DNA from: a virus
Taxonomy: Duplodnaviria; Caudoviricetes
DNA length: 64,000 nucleotides
Strand: one strand, 5' to 3'
IMG/VR virus record: IMGVR_UViG_3300011890_000001
Span: 32,001 to 96,000 of that record
The translations under genes were made by a program, and so were the position numbers. Positions 19,473 through 29,286 of the stretch are shown piece by piece. The notes below the pieces were generated by a model. That model made no database searches, was not told the DNA's origin, and was given only the letters and a program-made list of their open reading frames with translations. Position 1 is the first letter of the stretch, and each line of letters opens with the position of its first letter.

Positions 19473-19970
19473 ATGTTCTCAACGTACCATCAGTACGTGG
19501 AATGTCTGAAGAGGGACTACTCGGTACATAATCGATCGATGGCCTCCATTACTGCCAATGCCCACTACTATCATTGCGTGATGCGCTTCTATCGCTTTTT
19601 AGGCGAACAGGTGTGCGCCGCACTGGTTGCTGTTGGGCTGCTGTTAACAGCGGCTTTCAGTGCGCCGTATCTCGGTCAAAACGCATGGTTGTTTGTGCTA
19701 CTCGCCTTTTACGTGGTTGGATATATCGTCTGGCTCCTACTGACTCGTCAGTGGCGGCGCTACTCGTATATCCTTCTGGCGGAGAAAACAGAGATTGACA
19801 CTCGCCGTGTCAATACGCCGGGTTGGTTTGATCCGAGCTTTTTCTACCAGATGCATTTGGACACCGTCCAGACACCATTTCAAAAATGGCTTGTCCGCAC
19901 CCTGTGGAAATACCGTCCCACTATTTTCTATCCTTACATCGAGGAACAGTCCGTTGAGCAATGTGAATAA
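19473..19970 (+). CDS. 2-TM membrane protein
   Basis: AAGGAG RBS; two hydrophobic helices. Confidence 0.65.
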   Translation: MFSTYHQYVECLKRDYSVHNRSMASITANAHYYHCVMRFYRFLGEQVCAALVAVGLLLTAAFSAPYLGQNAWLFVLLAFYVVGYIVWLLLTRQWRRYSYILLAEKTEIDTRRVNTPGWFDPSFFYQMHLDTVQTPFQKWLVRTLWKYRPTIFYPYIEEQSVEQCE

Positions 19971-20301
19971 AGCCAACCTTGAAGCACACATCAAAGAACA
20001 CGCGGAGGTCGCGCGCGTTTACCGCAACGCGATGAATTTCTTTTTATTCTACGGCGTAATTAGCGCTGTAGGGACTGCGGTGTCCTACTATCTCGGTGTG
20101 GATTGGCTGGGTCTTGTTTGGTCCGGTGTCACCGGTTGGCTGCTGGGTAACGGAGTCTACAAGTTTCGCAAGTACAGAGCCGCCGCAAAGAAGCGCGATT
20201 CGCTGGTGGCGGAACTAGACCGCCTCCTTACCAGGTCGGGCACTTTTCTCATCGAAGCCCTGGAAAAAATCGATCACTCTAAAGGGTCACTTAACAAATG
20301 A
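19963..20301 (+). CDS. 2-TM membrane protein
   Basis: GTG start overlapping the upstream stop; two hydrophobic helices. Confidence 0.6.
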   Translation: MNKANLEAHIKEHAEVARVYRNAMNFFLFYGVISAVGTAVSYYLGVDWLGLVWSGVTGWLLGNGVYKFRKYRAAAKKRDSLVAELDRLLTRSGTFLIEALEKIDHSKGSLNK

Positions 20302-21509
20302 ACAATTACCTCCAGCTCCTCGAACACGTTCTGAACAACGGTCGCGCTAAGTCGGATCGTACTGGTACCGGTACTCTGTCCGTTTTCGGCCCCCAGTTGG
20401 AATTCGATCTTAGTGAAGGATTTCCTCTGGTCACCACCAAGAAAGTCCATCTGAAGTCGATCATCCACGAACTGCTGTGGTTCCTACGTGGCTCCACCAA
20501 CGCCACCGAACTGCAGGACGTGGGTGTCCGTATCTGGAACGAATGGGCACAGCCGGAAGACGTCTACTGCCGCCAAAAGCGGTCGGGCTATGAAATCAAG
20601 CTGGCGTGGGCCAAACTGAAGCAGATCACCGTCGCCGACGCCGATGAAAAGATCAAGCTGTTGACCGCACAATTCCGAGCCGACCACCCGGAATTGGAAC
20701 TGCAATGCATTGAGGAAATGATCCGCGATCAAATCATACGCGAAGGCGTGAGCGAATACAAGGAAGTGCTGGAAAAGGCTAAGGGTGACCTCGGCCCGGT
20801 GTACGGCAAGCAGTGGCGCGCCTGGCCGACTCCGTCCGGCAATATCGACCAGATCGCCAACGTGATCGAACGACTGAAGACCAACCCGGACTGCCGTCGA
20901 CTGATCGTCTCTGCCTGGAACGTCGGCCAGTTGGATCAGATGGCGCTGATGCCCTGTCACAACTTCTTCCAGTTCCACACCGAAGAACTGACCGTGCGTG
21001 AGCGCCTGGAGCATGCGTGGGCGACTGCGGCGAAAGAGAAGCGCATGGACGCCCGTCTGGACCGCCTCTACGACGAATACCTGGTAACGTTCCGGGACTC
21101 CGCAGATGGAGTTGATGGCGTTGCACAGGGTAGTCTCATCAACGAAGTCAATGCCTACCTGGATCAGATCAAGACCCCGAAGCGTATCTTGAACTGCAAG
21201 TTCAACATGCGTTCGGCTGACCTGTTCCTGGGCGTGCCGTTCAACATCGCCAGTTATGCCCTGTTGACCATGATGGTTGGCCAGGTGGTGAACATGGTTC
21301 CGGGTACCCTGATCCTGACCATGGGCGACGCACACATCTATTCCAATCACATCGAGCAGGTGAAGGAACAGCTGTCGCGCGAACCCCACCCGCTGCCGAA
21401 GATGCGCATCACAAAGGAAGTCAGTCACATCGACGATTTCCGTTTCGAGGACTTCGAATTGGTCGACTACGTCTGCCATCCGGCCATCAAGGGAGAAGTC
21501 GCCGTATGA
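20298..21509 (+). CDS. thyA: thymidylate synthase with two large insertions
   Basis: [60 protein letters not shown]. Confidence 0.97.
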   Translation: MNNYLQLLEHVLNNGRAKSDRTGTGTLSVFGPQLEFDLSEGFPLVTTKKVHLKSIIHELLWFLRGSTNATELQDVGVRIWNEWAQPEDVYCRQKRSGYEIKLAWAKLKQITVADADEKIKLLTAQFRADHPELELQCIEEMIRDQIIREGVSEYKEVLEKAKGDLGPVYGKQWRAWPTPSGNIDQIANVIERLKTNPDCRRLIVSAWNVGQLDQMALMPCHNFFQFHTEELTVRERLEHAWATAAKEKRMDARLDRLYDEYLVTFRDSADGVDGVAQGSLINEVNAYLDQIKTPKRILNCKFNMRSADLFLGVPFNIASYALLTMMVGQVVNMVPGTLILTMGDAHIYSNHIEQVKEQLSREPHPLPKMRITKEVSHIDDFRFEDFELVDYVCHPAIKGEVAV

Positions 21510-21784
21510 CCAAAGATCGCACTAAACCGATCTATACCAGTCGGATTGACGGGAGCATATTCGTCCCCTGGGTGCCGTTAATCCTGGATCGCGCCAATGG
21601 CTGTGAAGGCGCGTATGCCATTGCGCGCATGCGTCCTGACGGAGTTCGGGAGTGTTGGAATGTCGCTACTAATTCGTGGACGTGTTTCGCCCACGGTGTA
21701 CTGACTTACCGCGAAGCGCTGGAGATCATGAAGACACTCACGTTCGCCCCGACCCAAATTGAACCGTCGTTCGACGGTCTGTAA
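21506..21784 (+). CDS. hypothetical protein
   Basis: ATGA overlap with thyA. Confidence 0.65.
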   Translation: MTKDRTKPIYTSRIDGSIFVPWVPLILDRANGCEGAYAIARMRPDGVRECWNVATNSWTCFAHGVLTYREALEIMKTLTFAPTQIEPSFDGL

Positions 21785-21815
21785 AACCTCTACCTACCTT
21801 ATAAAGGACTTCACC

Positions 21816-22361
21816 GTGACCGAGAAAACCCGTCAGTACGTCTACGCCATGGCCGATACCACGCTGGACATCCGTACCATTTCCAATGACGCGAATGAGT
21901 GCATGAATAAAGCTGCGGCGCTCAAATTGACTGGCGGGTTTGCTCGCGGTCTACTGCTGCGTAAGTTTACCGAAGAAGAACTTGACGCACGCCGGCCGAT
22001 GCTCCTGCCGCCGGCCGCATACCTGGGTCACGCCCACGTCCATTGGGTAGAGGGTTCTCTGTTTGGTAGTGGTCTTGAACTCTGGCAGTGGCAGCCTGCC
22101 GCACAAATCTGGTGTCGTCCCAATGAGTACTCCTCCGGGCGCGACAACGCACTTGCCGGGTACAGGTGGGCCGGTCTTTGTCCGCCCCCACCGCTCAGCG
22201 ACGAATACGAAAGCGCTGCTGCTCTGTTACGTCGAAAGGTCGATGAGACAGTAACGGATACCGGCGCCCAGCGCAGCGTGACCCTTACGGTCGAAGAAAT
22301 TCGTGAACTCTCGTCCATCTTCTTCGACAGCATGTCGCGCCCTGTCAAAACTAGCGAGTAA
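21816..22361 (+). CDS. hypothetical protein
   Basis: AAGGA RBS before GTG. Confidence 0.65.
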   Translation: MTEKTRQYVYAMADTTLDIRTISNDANECMNKAAALKLTGGFARGLLLRKFTEEELDARRPMLLPPAAYLGHAHVHWVEGSLFGSGLELWQWQPAAQIWCRPNEYSSGRDNALAGYRWAGLCPPPPLSDEYESAAALLRRKVDETVTDTGAQRSVTLTVEEIRELSSIFFDSMSRPVKTSE

Positions 22362-22363
22362 CT

Positions 22364-22603
22364 ATGTCTTCTATTGCCGATGCTGGTCTAGCCTTGAAGG
22401 TCGCGTGGATCAGGGGAGTTCGTACTCTCCAGTTCTTCACTGCGGCCGTCAGGTTGGCTTACCAGCTTTCTGATAAGGTCGACCCGCGGCAGTTCCGTGT
22501 CGATGGTAACCAGCTCCAACTCAACGGCTGTTGTCTCCACGCAGACGACCTGTCCGTCCCTTACCCTCCTGCCAAAGAGCACGACAATGTCTCAACTCAA
22601 TAA
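22364..22603 (+). CDS. hypothetical protein
   Basis: Fills the gap between adjacent genes. Confidence 0.5.
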   Translation: MSSIADAGLALKVAWIRGVRTLQFFTAAVRLAYQLSDKVDPRQFRVDGNQLQLNGCCLHADDLSVPYPPAKEHDNVSTQ

Positions 22604-23438
22604 AGCCCAACTCCTGGCCATGCAGGCAAATTCGCTTCGTACGGCAAACCGCTACAAGCGATACGCCACCTACCTGGAAACCCCGGAAGACCAGGAGCGT
22701 CTGCCCTACCACAACTCCGAACACATGCTGGCGGTCACCGCTTTGGCCGTGACCCTGTGCAAGATGGACAGTACCAAGCCGTCGCCGGCACTGCTTCTGG
22801 CTGCCGCCGCGCACGACCTGGGACACCTGGGCCGTCCGGACAGCTACCGCGATGCCGACGGTCTGGGTAATATCGACCATGCCGTGCGCATGCTCGAATC
22901 GGCCAACATGAAGTTCGGTCTCCCCAAGGGCACCACCGAGCAGGACTTCGAAGACGCGAAGGTATTGATTCGCGCAACCGAATATCGCCTGTCGCCGACC
23001 ATCCTGGGTTGTGACCCGCGCCTGGAGTACTCCATTCGGATCCTCCGCGATGCCGATATCCTCTGGGGTCTTTTCCCTGAAAACCACACCCGCGTGTTCG
23101 TGGGTCTGTTCCTGGAGCGTCTGCGCAACACCCCGAGTGAAGACCTCACCGAGGACGACAAGTCGATCGAGGTCGCTCTGACCAACCAGATCCGCTTCAT
23201 CCAGGGTTACCAGCCCCACAGCCAGCCTGGTCGTGTGTTGAAGCGCCTACTGGAAGAAGAATCAGCCGTGGCATGGAGCGGGCAGGCGCTGGAGATCATG
23301 CGCCAGCAGGAACTGCACCGTCTGATCACTTCGCGCAATAGCCTGATCGGCGACCCCCAGGCCCTGATCGAATCGGTGGAGTCGAACGTCGACCGGTTTA
23401 TCGCCGAACGCGACGCTGCGCAGGAACCGGTCGGTTAA
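22587..23438 (+). CDS. HD-domain metal-dependent phosphohydrolase (PDE-like)
   Basis: PYHNSEH, AAAAHDLGH, ILRDAD. Confidence 0.85.
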   Translation: MSQLNKAQLLAMQANSLRTANRYKRYATYLETPEDQERLPYHNSEHMLAVTALAVTLCKMDSTKPSPALLLAAAAHDLGHLGRPDSYRDADGLGNIDHAVRMLESANMKFGLPKGTTEQDFEDAKVLIRATEYRLSPTILGCDPRLEYSIRILRDADILWGLFPENHTRVFVGLFLERLRNTPSEDLTEDDKSIEVALTNQIRFIQGYQPHSQPGRVLKRLLEEESAVAWSGQALEIMRQQELHRLITSRNSLIGDPQALIESVESNVDRFIAERDAAQEPVG

Positions 23439-23461
23439 AAAAATACACAGGCGTCATCATC

Positions 23462-23671
23462 TGTGAAACAAAGACACGCATTCCTCATTTACCGAAACTG
23501 GGCAGATCGCGACGGTGATCTGAACTACGTAGCGAGTGGACTTCCCTATTGTCATTGGTGGGGTGGGACGCACAGAAACTACGAATAGGGCGAGCGGCGA
23601 GTTTCGTTTCAACAGACGTCCGCGGTGTCTGTGGCGGGCAGGGTCCCGAAGGACCCTGCCCTTATACCGCC
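23462..23671 (+). ncRNA. ~200-nt structured sRNA candidate ending in its own terminator
   Basis: Nested helices (see findings); terminator gggcagggtcc-cgaa-ggaccctgccc. Confidence 0.5.
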
Positions 23672-23695
23672 AAATAATCAACTAGGGCCAACTTC

Positions 23696-24025
23696 GTGTC
23701 TCCGAACATTTCCCAGAGTATTGCGCAATACAATTTGGACGTGGCTGCATTGCAGGTCGCGTGCAACACCCTTGTCGGGGCAGCATCGCGGTACGACAGT
23801 GCACACATCGTCGGTCTTGTTGTGAAGTTCTTTGACGAATCCGACATCCCTCACATGTCCATTAAGTTGGAGTTCGACACTCTGGCGATGGCGATGCTCA
23901 ACGGTGCCGGATTCTTGAGCGAACTGATTTCCAAATTCGCCGACGCCGGCTTCGATCTGCGCCAACCTCCCAGTCCCGGTAAGTCTTCCGCGGCAATGAT
24001 GCTTTTCATCAGTCGTCGGATTTAA
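23696..24025 (+). CDS. hypothetical protein
   Basis: ORF after the terminator. Confidence 0.55.
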   Translation: MSPNISQSIAQYNLDVAALQVACNTLVGAASRYDSAHIVGLVVKFFDESDIPHMSIKLEFDTLAMAMLNGAGFLSELISKFADAGFDLRQPPSPGKSSAAMMLFISRRI

Positions 24026-24031
24026 TCAGCC

Positions 24032-24703
24032 ATGATTAACATCCGATTCGCTTTAGATGTCATTAAGCAATGTGCCATTTGGGCCGCCGTTCCAGTGTTC
24101 GCATTGTTTACTATCGTCATGATACCGCAGGTCATCATTCTAATTGTCACCTGCCTGGCAGCTGGAATTGTCGCATGTCTGATCGCATTGCCGTTCTTGT
24201 TTTATGCGATCTGGTGTGAGCTGGGAAACACCACCCGTTACTTCACCTCTGTAAGGAAGAAACAGATGCCGCACTATCGCCTTTTCCGTAACGTTGTCGA
24301 CGCCCTCGGATCGGAATCCGTGGTCGACTTCGGTGACACCATCGATGCGCGCGTCATCGCGGCGTCTCCCGCCTACCCGACCGCGTTTCATCTCAAGGCG
24401 GCTACCGGTGAGCGCCGCCACCTTATCATTCCGTTGCCGGTGATCGATGCAAACCTGGTGATCTACGAATCCCGCATTGCCCCGGACTGTGACAAAGACG
24501 ACGGTACTGTGCTGGTGGTCGTGGGTCCTGATGGTCTTCGCAATGTCAATCATCCGTTCGCATTCGTCCGCACCAGTCTGGATAAGGTGGTTGCGGAGTG
24601 GCTCAAAAACAAGGAAGTGGAATCTGGCGAAATGATCGCTCAGGTCTATGCCGACATCCTTCAGAACGTGCTTGACAAGAAGGATCCTTTTGCCGGACTC
24701 TAA
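24032..24703 (+). CDS. membrane-anchored hypothetical protein
   Basis: Long N-terminal hydrophobic region. Confidence 0.65.
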   Translation: MINIRFALDVIKQCAIWAAVPVFALFTIVMIPQVIILIVTCLAAGIVACLIALPFLFYAIWCELGNTTRYFTSVRKKQMPHYRLFRNVVDALGSESVVDFGDTIDARVIAASPAYPTAFHLKAATGERRHLIIPLPVIDANLVIYESRIAPDCDKDDGTVLVVVGPDGLRNVNHPFAFVRTSLDKVVAEWLKNKEVESGEMIAQVYADILQNVLDKKDPFAGL

Positions 24704-24730
24704 TGGTATGTAAACCATTGGAGTGAGCAC

Positions 24731-25072
24731 GTGTACGACAAAGAACTCATCAATAGCGACGTCTGCATTTCGTGTGGGGCGTGCTGCTCTACCTATGTGG
24801 ACAGTCAGACCGGCGAACCTTTGTCGTTGCATGAAGCTAAGTTGTCGGATACCGCGGAACTAATTCACTGTCCGAACTTAGATACTTCAGAAGGGTTGTT
24901 TCGGTGCAAGATCTACCAGGAGCGACCGGCCACGTGTCGGGAATGGGATTGCCTTGAAAGAGGAAACCGTCTGAGTCTGGAATACCCAAAGGACTCTGTA
25001 CTGGGATCGCGTATCCGTGTTGCTGTGGAGAAGATCCACGGTAAAGGTATTCTCATTCAACTGGTCGACTAA
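24731..25072 (+). CDS. YkgJ-family cysteine-cluster (CxxCxxCC) protein
   Basis: CISCGACC...CPNL...CKIYQERPATCREWDC. Confidence 0.85.
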   Translation: MYDKELINSDVCISCGACCSTYVDSQTGEPLSLHEAKLSDTAELIHCPNLDTSEGLFRCKIYQERPATCREWDCLERGNRLSLEYPKDSVLGSRIRVAVEKIHGKGILIQLVD

Positions 25073-25147
25073 TGTCGTTATTAGCCGGCCCTTAAATCCA
25101 TAAGGAGGTAACCATGTCTACAATTTAGGCTAACTAGAGAGTAGATC

Positions 25148-25474
25148 ATGAGTCGCACCAAACGTCATCGTAAAAACCCGTCCTACGTTAGTTGGTTGTT
25201 GGACGATCCCACATGTGAACTGACACGTCGTTTCATCACCCGCCTCAATCCAGGCGCAAATGTCGATAAGATCATTGAGCGGAATAACGCCCTGCTCTAT
25301 TGCGACCATCAGCGAAGAATGTTCACCAACAGTCTCCCGCGCGCGCATCGTCGTATTGGTATTCGCATGATGCGTCGTCGTGAAAGAGACCAGCTGATCC
25401 GGTGTCAAAAGAACGACACTTGGGATTCCCATTCCGCCCTCAACAGGGCACTGACCCCCGGATGGTACTGGTGA
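25148..25474 (+). CDS. small Arg-rich basic protein
   Basis: MSRTKRHRK start; highly basic. Confidence 0.65.
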   Translation: MSRTKRHRKNPSYVSWLLDDPTCELTRRFITRLNPGANVDKIIERNNALLYCDHQRRMFTNSLPRAHRRIGIRMMRRRERDQLIRCQKNDTWDSHSALNRALTPGWYW

Positions 25475-25549
25475 AGAACAAAAAGCTGCCTGCTCCCAAG
25501 CTAGGCTGCCCCTGCGCGCGTCGTGCAGGGGGCCTTTTGGGAGATATAC

Positions 25550-25825
25550 ATGTCACGTTCCAAAACTTTCCGCCGCCATCACTTTGAGCGTCTCATGAAG
25601 AAGCGTACCGCTGAAATCGTCAGTATGCTTTTTATCGGAAACGATCCTGAGATCAACTCTAAGGTGTTGGCATCAGTTCCTAAGCGCGCCGCCATTGCCG
25701 TTACGTCTGCAGCGCGTTGTAGTTGCTGGTTGTGTGGAAATCCTCGGCGTCATCGGGGCAATTCCAAGTTGAGTTTGACGAAACGCGAACTCGTTAGCTT
25801 GGATCGGATGACAGAGGAAACCTAA
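25550..25825 (+). CDS. small basic protein with CSCWLCGNPRR motif
   Basis: GGGAG RBS; CxCxxC motif. Confidence 0.7.
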   Translation: MSRSKTFRRHHFERLMKKRTAEIVSMLFIGNDPEINSKVLASVPKRAAIAVTSAARCSCWLCGNPRRHRGNSKLSLTKRELVSLDRMTEET

Positions 25826-25980
25826 AGCGTAACGACCTGAGCCGACCGGTCCCCACCGGTCGGCTTTATGCTGTCGTTATGGATACTATCACGTATTTTT
25901 CTTTTAATACGTGATTGCTTATATCCTAGGAGTAGTCCTATGTGGACGCTCCCAGGCACTACAACCCCAAGGAGTTACAC

Positions 25981-26391
25981 ATGAGCCGTTCTGTAAACAG
26001 TGTGTTGTCGGCGCTTCAGGGCGCTGCAACCGTGGTCGTTACCACGCCTCAAGTCAACATCGTCGACGAGTTGCGCTATCGCACCAACAAAGCCCCTGCC
26101 CGCAATGCTGGTGCCGGCGTTCGCAGTACCGCACCCGCGCCGGCGATCCCGACCACCGCCGAAGGGTCGGATTCGCGTATCGTTCTTCGCGACGTCAACA
26201 CCGGCGAATTCGCTCCGGCAGAAGACGCCGGTAAGAAGAACATCACCACCGACTTCGTCGATCTGCCCAAACTCAGCAGTCCTTCGCTGAAGGCCGAGAA
26301 AGCCAAGAAGGCTACCAAGAAGACCACCAAGAAGCTGGCCACCAACAAGAAGGGCTCCAGCATTGGCTCGGCCAAGAAGAAGTCCAAGTGA
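25981..26391 (+). CDS. hypothetical protein with Lys-rich histone-H1-like tail
   Basis: AAGGAG RBS; KAEKAKKATKKTTKK tail. Confidence 0.7.
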   Translation: MSRSVNSVLSALQGAATVVVTTPQVNIVDELRYRTNKAPARNAGAGVRSTAPAPAIPTTAEGSDSRIVLRDVNTGEFAPAEDAGKKNITTDFVDLPKLSSPSLKAEKAKKATKKTTKKLATNKKGSSIGSAKKKSK

Positions 26392-26461
26392 CGCAAGGTC
26401 GAACTGAACAACCCCACACCCCTTAGTGGGTGTGGGGCTTTATACCGTCAAATCCTAAGGA

Positions 26462-27061
26462 GTGAATGAAATGCGCTATAATGTCGGTCAGAAGTACATT
26501 TTCATCAATATCCAATTTACTGCGCCCGCCATGTGCTTCGGCTCGACCTATTTGCCGTGGATGGATAAGTTGGACGGCATCGAGCTGATTGAGCTCACCT
26601 GCGCGGAACATCGCCAGGTTCCCGGTGAGTGGGATGACGAAATCAAATACGATGGTTTCCGTTTCAGGGACACCGAAAATCGCCTCTGGAACAACCAGTG
26701 GCCTCGCGCCTCTTACGGGCAACTCGACGACAGTGCCGATCGGCGGGCCAAGCCCGATTTCGACACCTGGAAAGAAAACCGCACCGAGGACGAACTCCGC
26801 GGAATCTATCGCAAGTACATGTCTACCACCGACGTCTGCACTTACCTGCAGAACGTCGAGCGCGGCATCGCCAAGCTGGCTATGGACTCAGCGGCGACCG
26901 TCGAACATGCGGCCCTCAAGGCACACTTCGATGAAGTTATCGACTTGCTCGCCAAGCAGGGAGTAACTGCGACGATTGTGCCGAAGGTCTGGAAGTCGGT
27001 AGATGGAACCGAGAAGGCCTACCCTGACATCAAGGTGGTTTCTCTGACCTTTGCTGAGTGA
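26462..27061 (+). CDS. hypothetical protein
   Basis: TAAGGAG RBS (start 26462, or ATG a few codons downstream). Confidence 0.7.
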   Translation: MNEMRYNVGQKYIFINIQFTAPAMCFGSTYLPWMDKLDGIELIELTCAEHRQVPGEWDDEIKYDGFRFRDTENRLWNNQWPRASYGQLDDSADRRAKPDFDTWKENRTEDELRGIYRKYMSTTDVCTYLQNVERGIAKLAMDSAATVEHAALKAHFDEVIDLLAKQGVTATIVPKVWKSVDGTEKAYPDIKVVSLTFAE

Positions 27062-27107
27062 GTACCTTTAGGGTGACGACCGTCCTGGTCGTCGCCCTTT
27101 GTTGAAA

Positions 27108-27211
27108 TAAAAAAATCTCACAACCATATAGTCGTTGTGAGCAAGAGCAATAATGCGATTGCCAAACCCTGTCAAACAAGGAGCAATACCGTGGCTAAGA
27201 TCAAATCTTTC
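27108..27211 (+). repeat. 104-bp promoter/leader/N-terminus cassette identical to 62662-62765
   Basis: Direct comparison from TAAAAAAATCTCACAACC to GTGGCTAAGATCAAATCTTTC. Confidence 0.9.
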
Positions 27212-27448
27212 GTGACCACCAACCGCGTCGTGAACGGCGCCCTGACCGCTGCATACGGCAGCGTGGCCGTTCTGAACGGCATTTCCGCCGTCCGGAACCT
27301 GAAGGGCACTGGCAGTGCCTTGGTTGAAGGCGAATACCTCACCGCCGCGGCCCGCGCCGCTACCGCTACTTTCAACACCGCCGTCGCGGCAGTGTTTACC
27401 CTCTGCGCCAAGGATAGCGCCATGGCGGCCTACCACGACACCATCTAA
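27191..27448 (+). CDS. small Ala-rich early protein (MAKIK family)
   Basis: GTG after AAGGAG; MAKIKSF start. Confidence 0.7.
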   Translation: MAKIKSFVTTNRVVNGALTAAYGSVAVLNGISAVRNLKGTGSALVEGEYLTAAARAATATFNTAVAAVFTLCAKDSAMAAYHDTI

Positions 27449-27522
27449 GGTAATTCTCGTAGCCCATTCGAGAGAGTGGGCTATCGGAAATACTTTACCC
27501 CTGTCAAACAAGGATTATGTAA

Positions 27523-27759
27523 ATGGATATCTTGATCAAGATCGGCGAACTCGTGGGCTATGAACCAAAGGTTGACGCCTACTACAACCAGAAGTCCGAC
27601 AACGCAGACGCTGGCTGGTACGGCGATGCGACATTGGCCTTGTGCGGAAAGACCTACAAAGGTCACGTGCAGTCCTGTGGTGACCGCGTCGTACTGGACC
27701 TCGATGCGGCCGCGATTGCTCAGCTGGAACTCGACGAGGTTCCCTTCGTTGTACTCTAA
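27523..27759 (+). CDS. hypothetical protein
   Basis: AAGGA RBS inside a GTCAAAC hairpin. Confidence 0.65.
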   Translation: MDILIKIGELVGYEPKVDAYYNQKSDNADAGWYGDATLALCGKTYKGHVQSCGDRVVLDLDAAAIAQLELDEVPFVVL

Positions 27760-27774
27760 GCCCAAGGAGGGCGC

Positions 27775-28092
27775 ATGGAAGTGATCGAAAAAGCAGTCCG
27801 ACGCAAGCTGGAAATGCTGGCAAGTGTGCCGCCAGTACCAGTAAACGACACGGAGCTCGAAGAGCTTCTGGAAGACAACGGATCTGACGACATCTACTTC
27901 AGTCTTCGCGGTGAAACAGGTGTCGTTATCCATGTCCCGCTGTGCGATACCGCCATTGCGGCGGGATTGACGCAGGCGGGCAATCTGCTTTACACGTACG
28001 TCGACGCCGACGGTCAAGTGTTGATTGACCGCGAGTTCACCGAACTTGACGAAGATACCCGCAGTTGGCTGTGGGCAGCCCTTCAGGAATAA
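27775..28092 (+). CDS. hypothetical protein
   Basis: AAGGAGG RBS. Confidence 0.7.
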   Translation: MEVIEKAVRRKLEMLASVPPVPVNDTELEELLEDNGSDDIYFSLRGETGVVIHVPLCDTAIAAGLTQAGNLLYTYVDADGQVLIDREFTELDEDTRSWLWAALQE

Positions 28093-28163
28093 GCAGCATA
28101 AACCCCCAGGTCCGTAAGGGCCTGGGGGAGATAGATCCTATCTTTTTTTTTTCTCAGACTCGA

Positions 28164-28682
28164 TTACGGAGCCTGGACCGGATAGTGCAGACCATCCAGA
28201 TCGGTCACCAGTACGGCGTCTTCCAGATCCACAGTGTCAACGAACAGGGTGATCTCTGCGGTACCGGTGAAGATCAGCGAGCCAGCCTTGGCGGTCAGGG
28301 TCAGAGTGGCTTCGCCGCCCGGGACAGTCGGGATCGCCGGCAGGACCAGGTCTTCGATGTCGTCAGAGGTGATCAGCAGGTTGTACTTGGCGTTGATGGC
28401 GTCCAGGACGTCGGCAGCGGTGTAGGACTCAGCGATAGCTTCGATACGGCCGTCCTGAGTAGCCACCACGGCAGCCAGACCCAGACGGTTGTAATAGACA
28501 GTAACCTGGTTGCTGAAGCGACTACCGGCGGCCGGGGTTACGACCAGCGAGGTATTCAGGGTGCCATTACCGGCACCGGGTGCGGACAGTTCGACTTCAG
28601 CCGAAGTCATGCCCAGACCGGAGTTGGCGTCATTGATCAGATCGATGATGATCTGCTTCGGCGCCTGAAGATAATTCGACAT
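28164..28682 (-). CDS. virion structural protein (paralog of 11138-11665)
   Basis: YYNRLGLA, AKAGSLIFTG, DLDGL; upstream AATCCTATG late-promoter-like site on the minus strand. Confidence 0.65.
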   Translation of the reverse strand: MSNYLQAPKQIIIDLINDANSGLGMTSAEVELSAPGAGNGTLNTSLVVTPAAGSRFSNQVTVYYNRLGLAAVVATQDGRIEAIAESYTAADVLDAINAKYNLLITSDDIEDLVLPAIPTVPGGEATLTLTAKAGSLIFTGTAEITLFVDTVDLEDAVLVTDLDGLHYPVQAP

Positions 28683-28810
28683 CTTGATTTCCTTCGTTGT
28701 GTGAAGCTTCTTATTGAAGCCATAGGATTAAAGACCACGGATGGAGAAACGCCCTATTTTATGGGGGGTTTTTTTTTTAATCCCCCTATTCACAACGAGG
28801 TAAAATAATC

Positions 28811-28999
28811 ATGGCACTGTTGAAAATCATCGACGCCAATTCTGTACCGGGGGTCAGCGCCACACTGGGTGGCGTGGCCAATCGCGTCGTCGGTGCCAGC
28901 TTGAACGGTATCGCAGAACTTCAGCGCATGGGGGTCGTGGGGGCCCACACACTGGATTCACCTACGCTCGGCTACATGGGCGTTCCACACATCAGATGA
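28811..28999 (+). CDS. small hypothetical protein
   Basis: GAGGT RBS. Confidence 0.55.
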   Translation: MALLKIIDANSVPGVSATLGGVANRVVGASLNGIAELQRMGVVGAHTLDSPTLGYMGVPHIR

Positions 29000-29157
29000 T
29001 CGCCTTTACCCGCTCAACACTGGCCGGTCGCAATTACCTGCGGTTCCCAGTCGCCTGGAATGTCAGTAAGCAGATCACTATCGTGGTGGGTCGGCCGTTG
29101 TGGGCTGATACTCTCGATGGACAAGAAGCCGGCGGTTTTGAACTGACGGCTCTGTAA
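28996..29157 (+). CDS. 53-aa hypothetical protein (not in the ORF track)
   Basis: ATGA coupling; MIAFTRSTLAGRNYLRFPVAW...; terminator follows. Confidence 0.5.
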   Translation: MIAFTRSTLAGRNYLRFPVAWNVSKQITIVVGRPLWADTLDGQEAGGFELTAL

Positions 29158-29204
29158 CAGCATATGGCCCCACACCTGAAAGGGTGTGGGGTTATGTGTA
29201 TTAT

Positions 29205-29238
29205 AAATATTTTCAGAACCATATAGTGGCTGTGACGT
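29205..29238 (+). promoter_or_regulatory. Putative early promoter (ACCATATAGT core)
   Basis: Same core as 5031, 27122, 35309 and 62676, each upstream of a + strand small-gene cluster. Confidence 0.6.
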
Positions 29239-29286
29239 AGAGCCACTATCGACCTGCGTTAAACCAACCAACCAAAGGTAAAAGTC

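Noticed and set aside
20550-21180. Inteins in thyA
   Set aside because: Inserts are short and lack the Cys/Ser start and His-Asn end splice motifs
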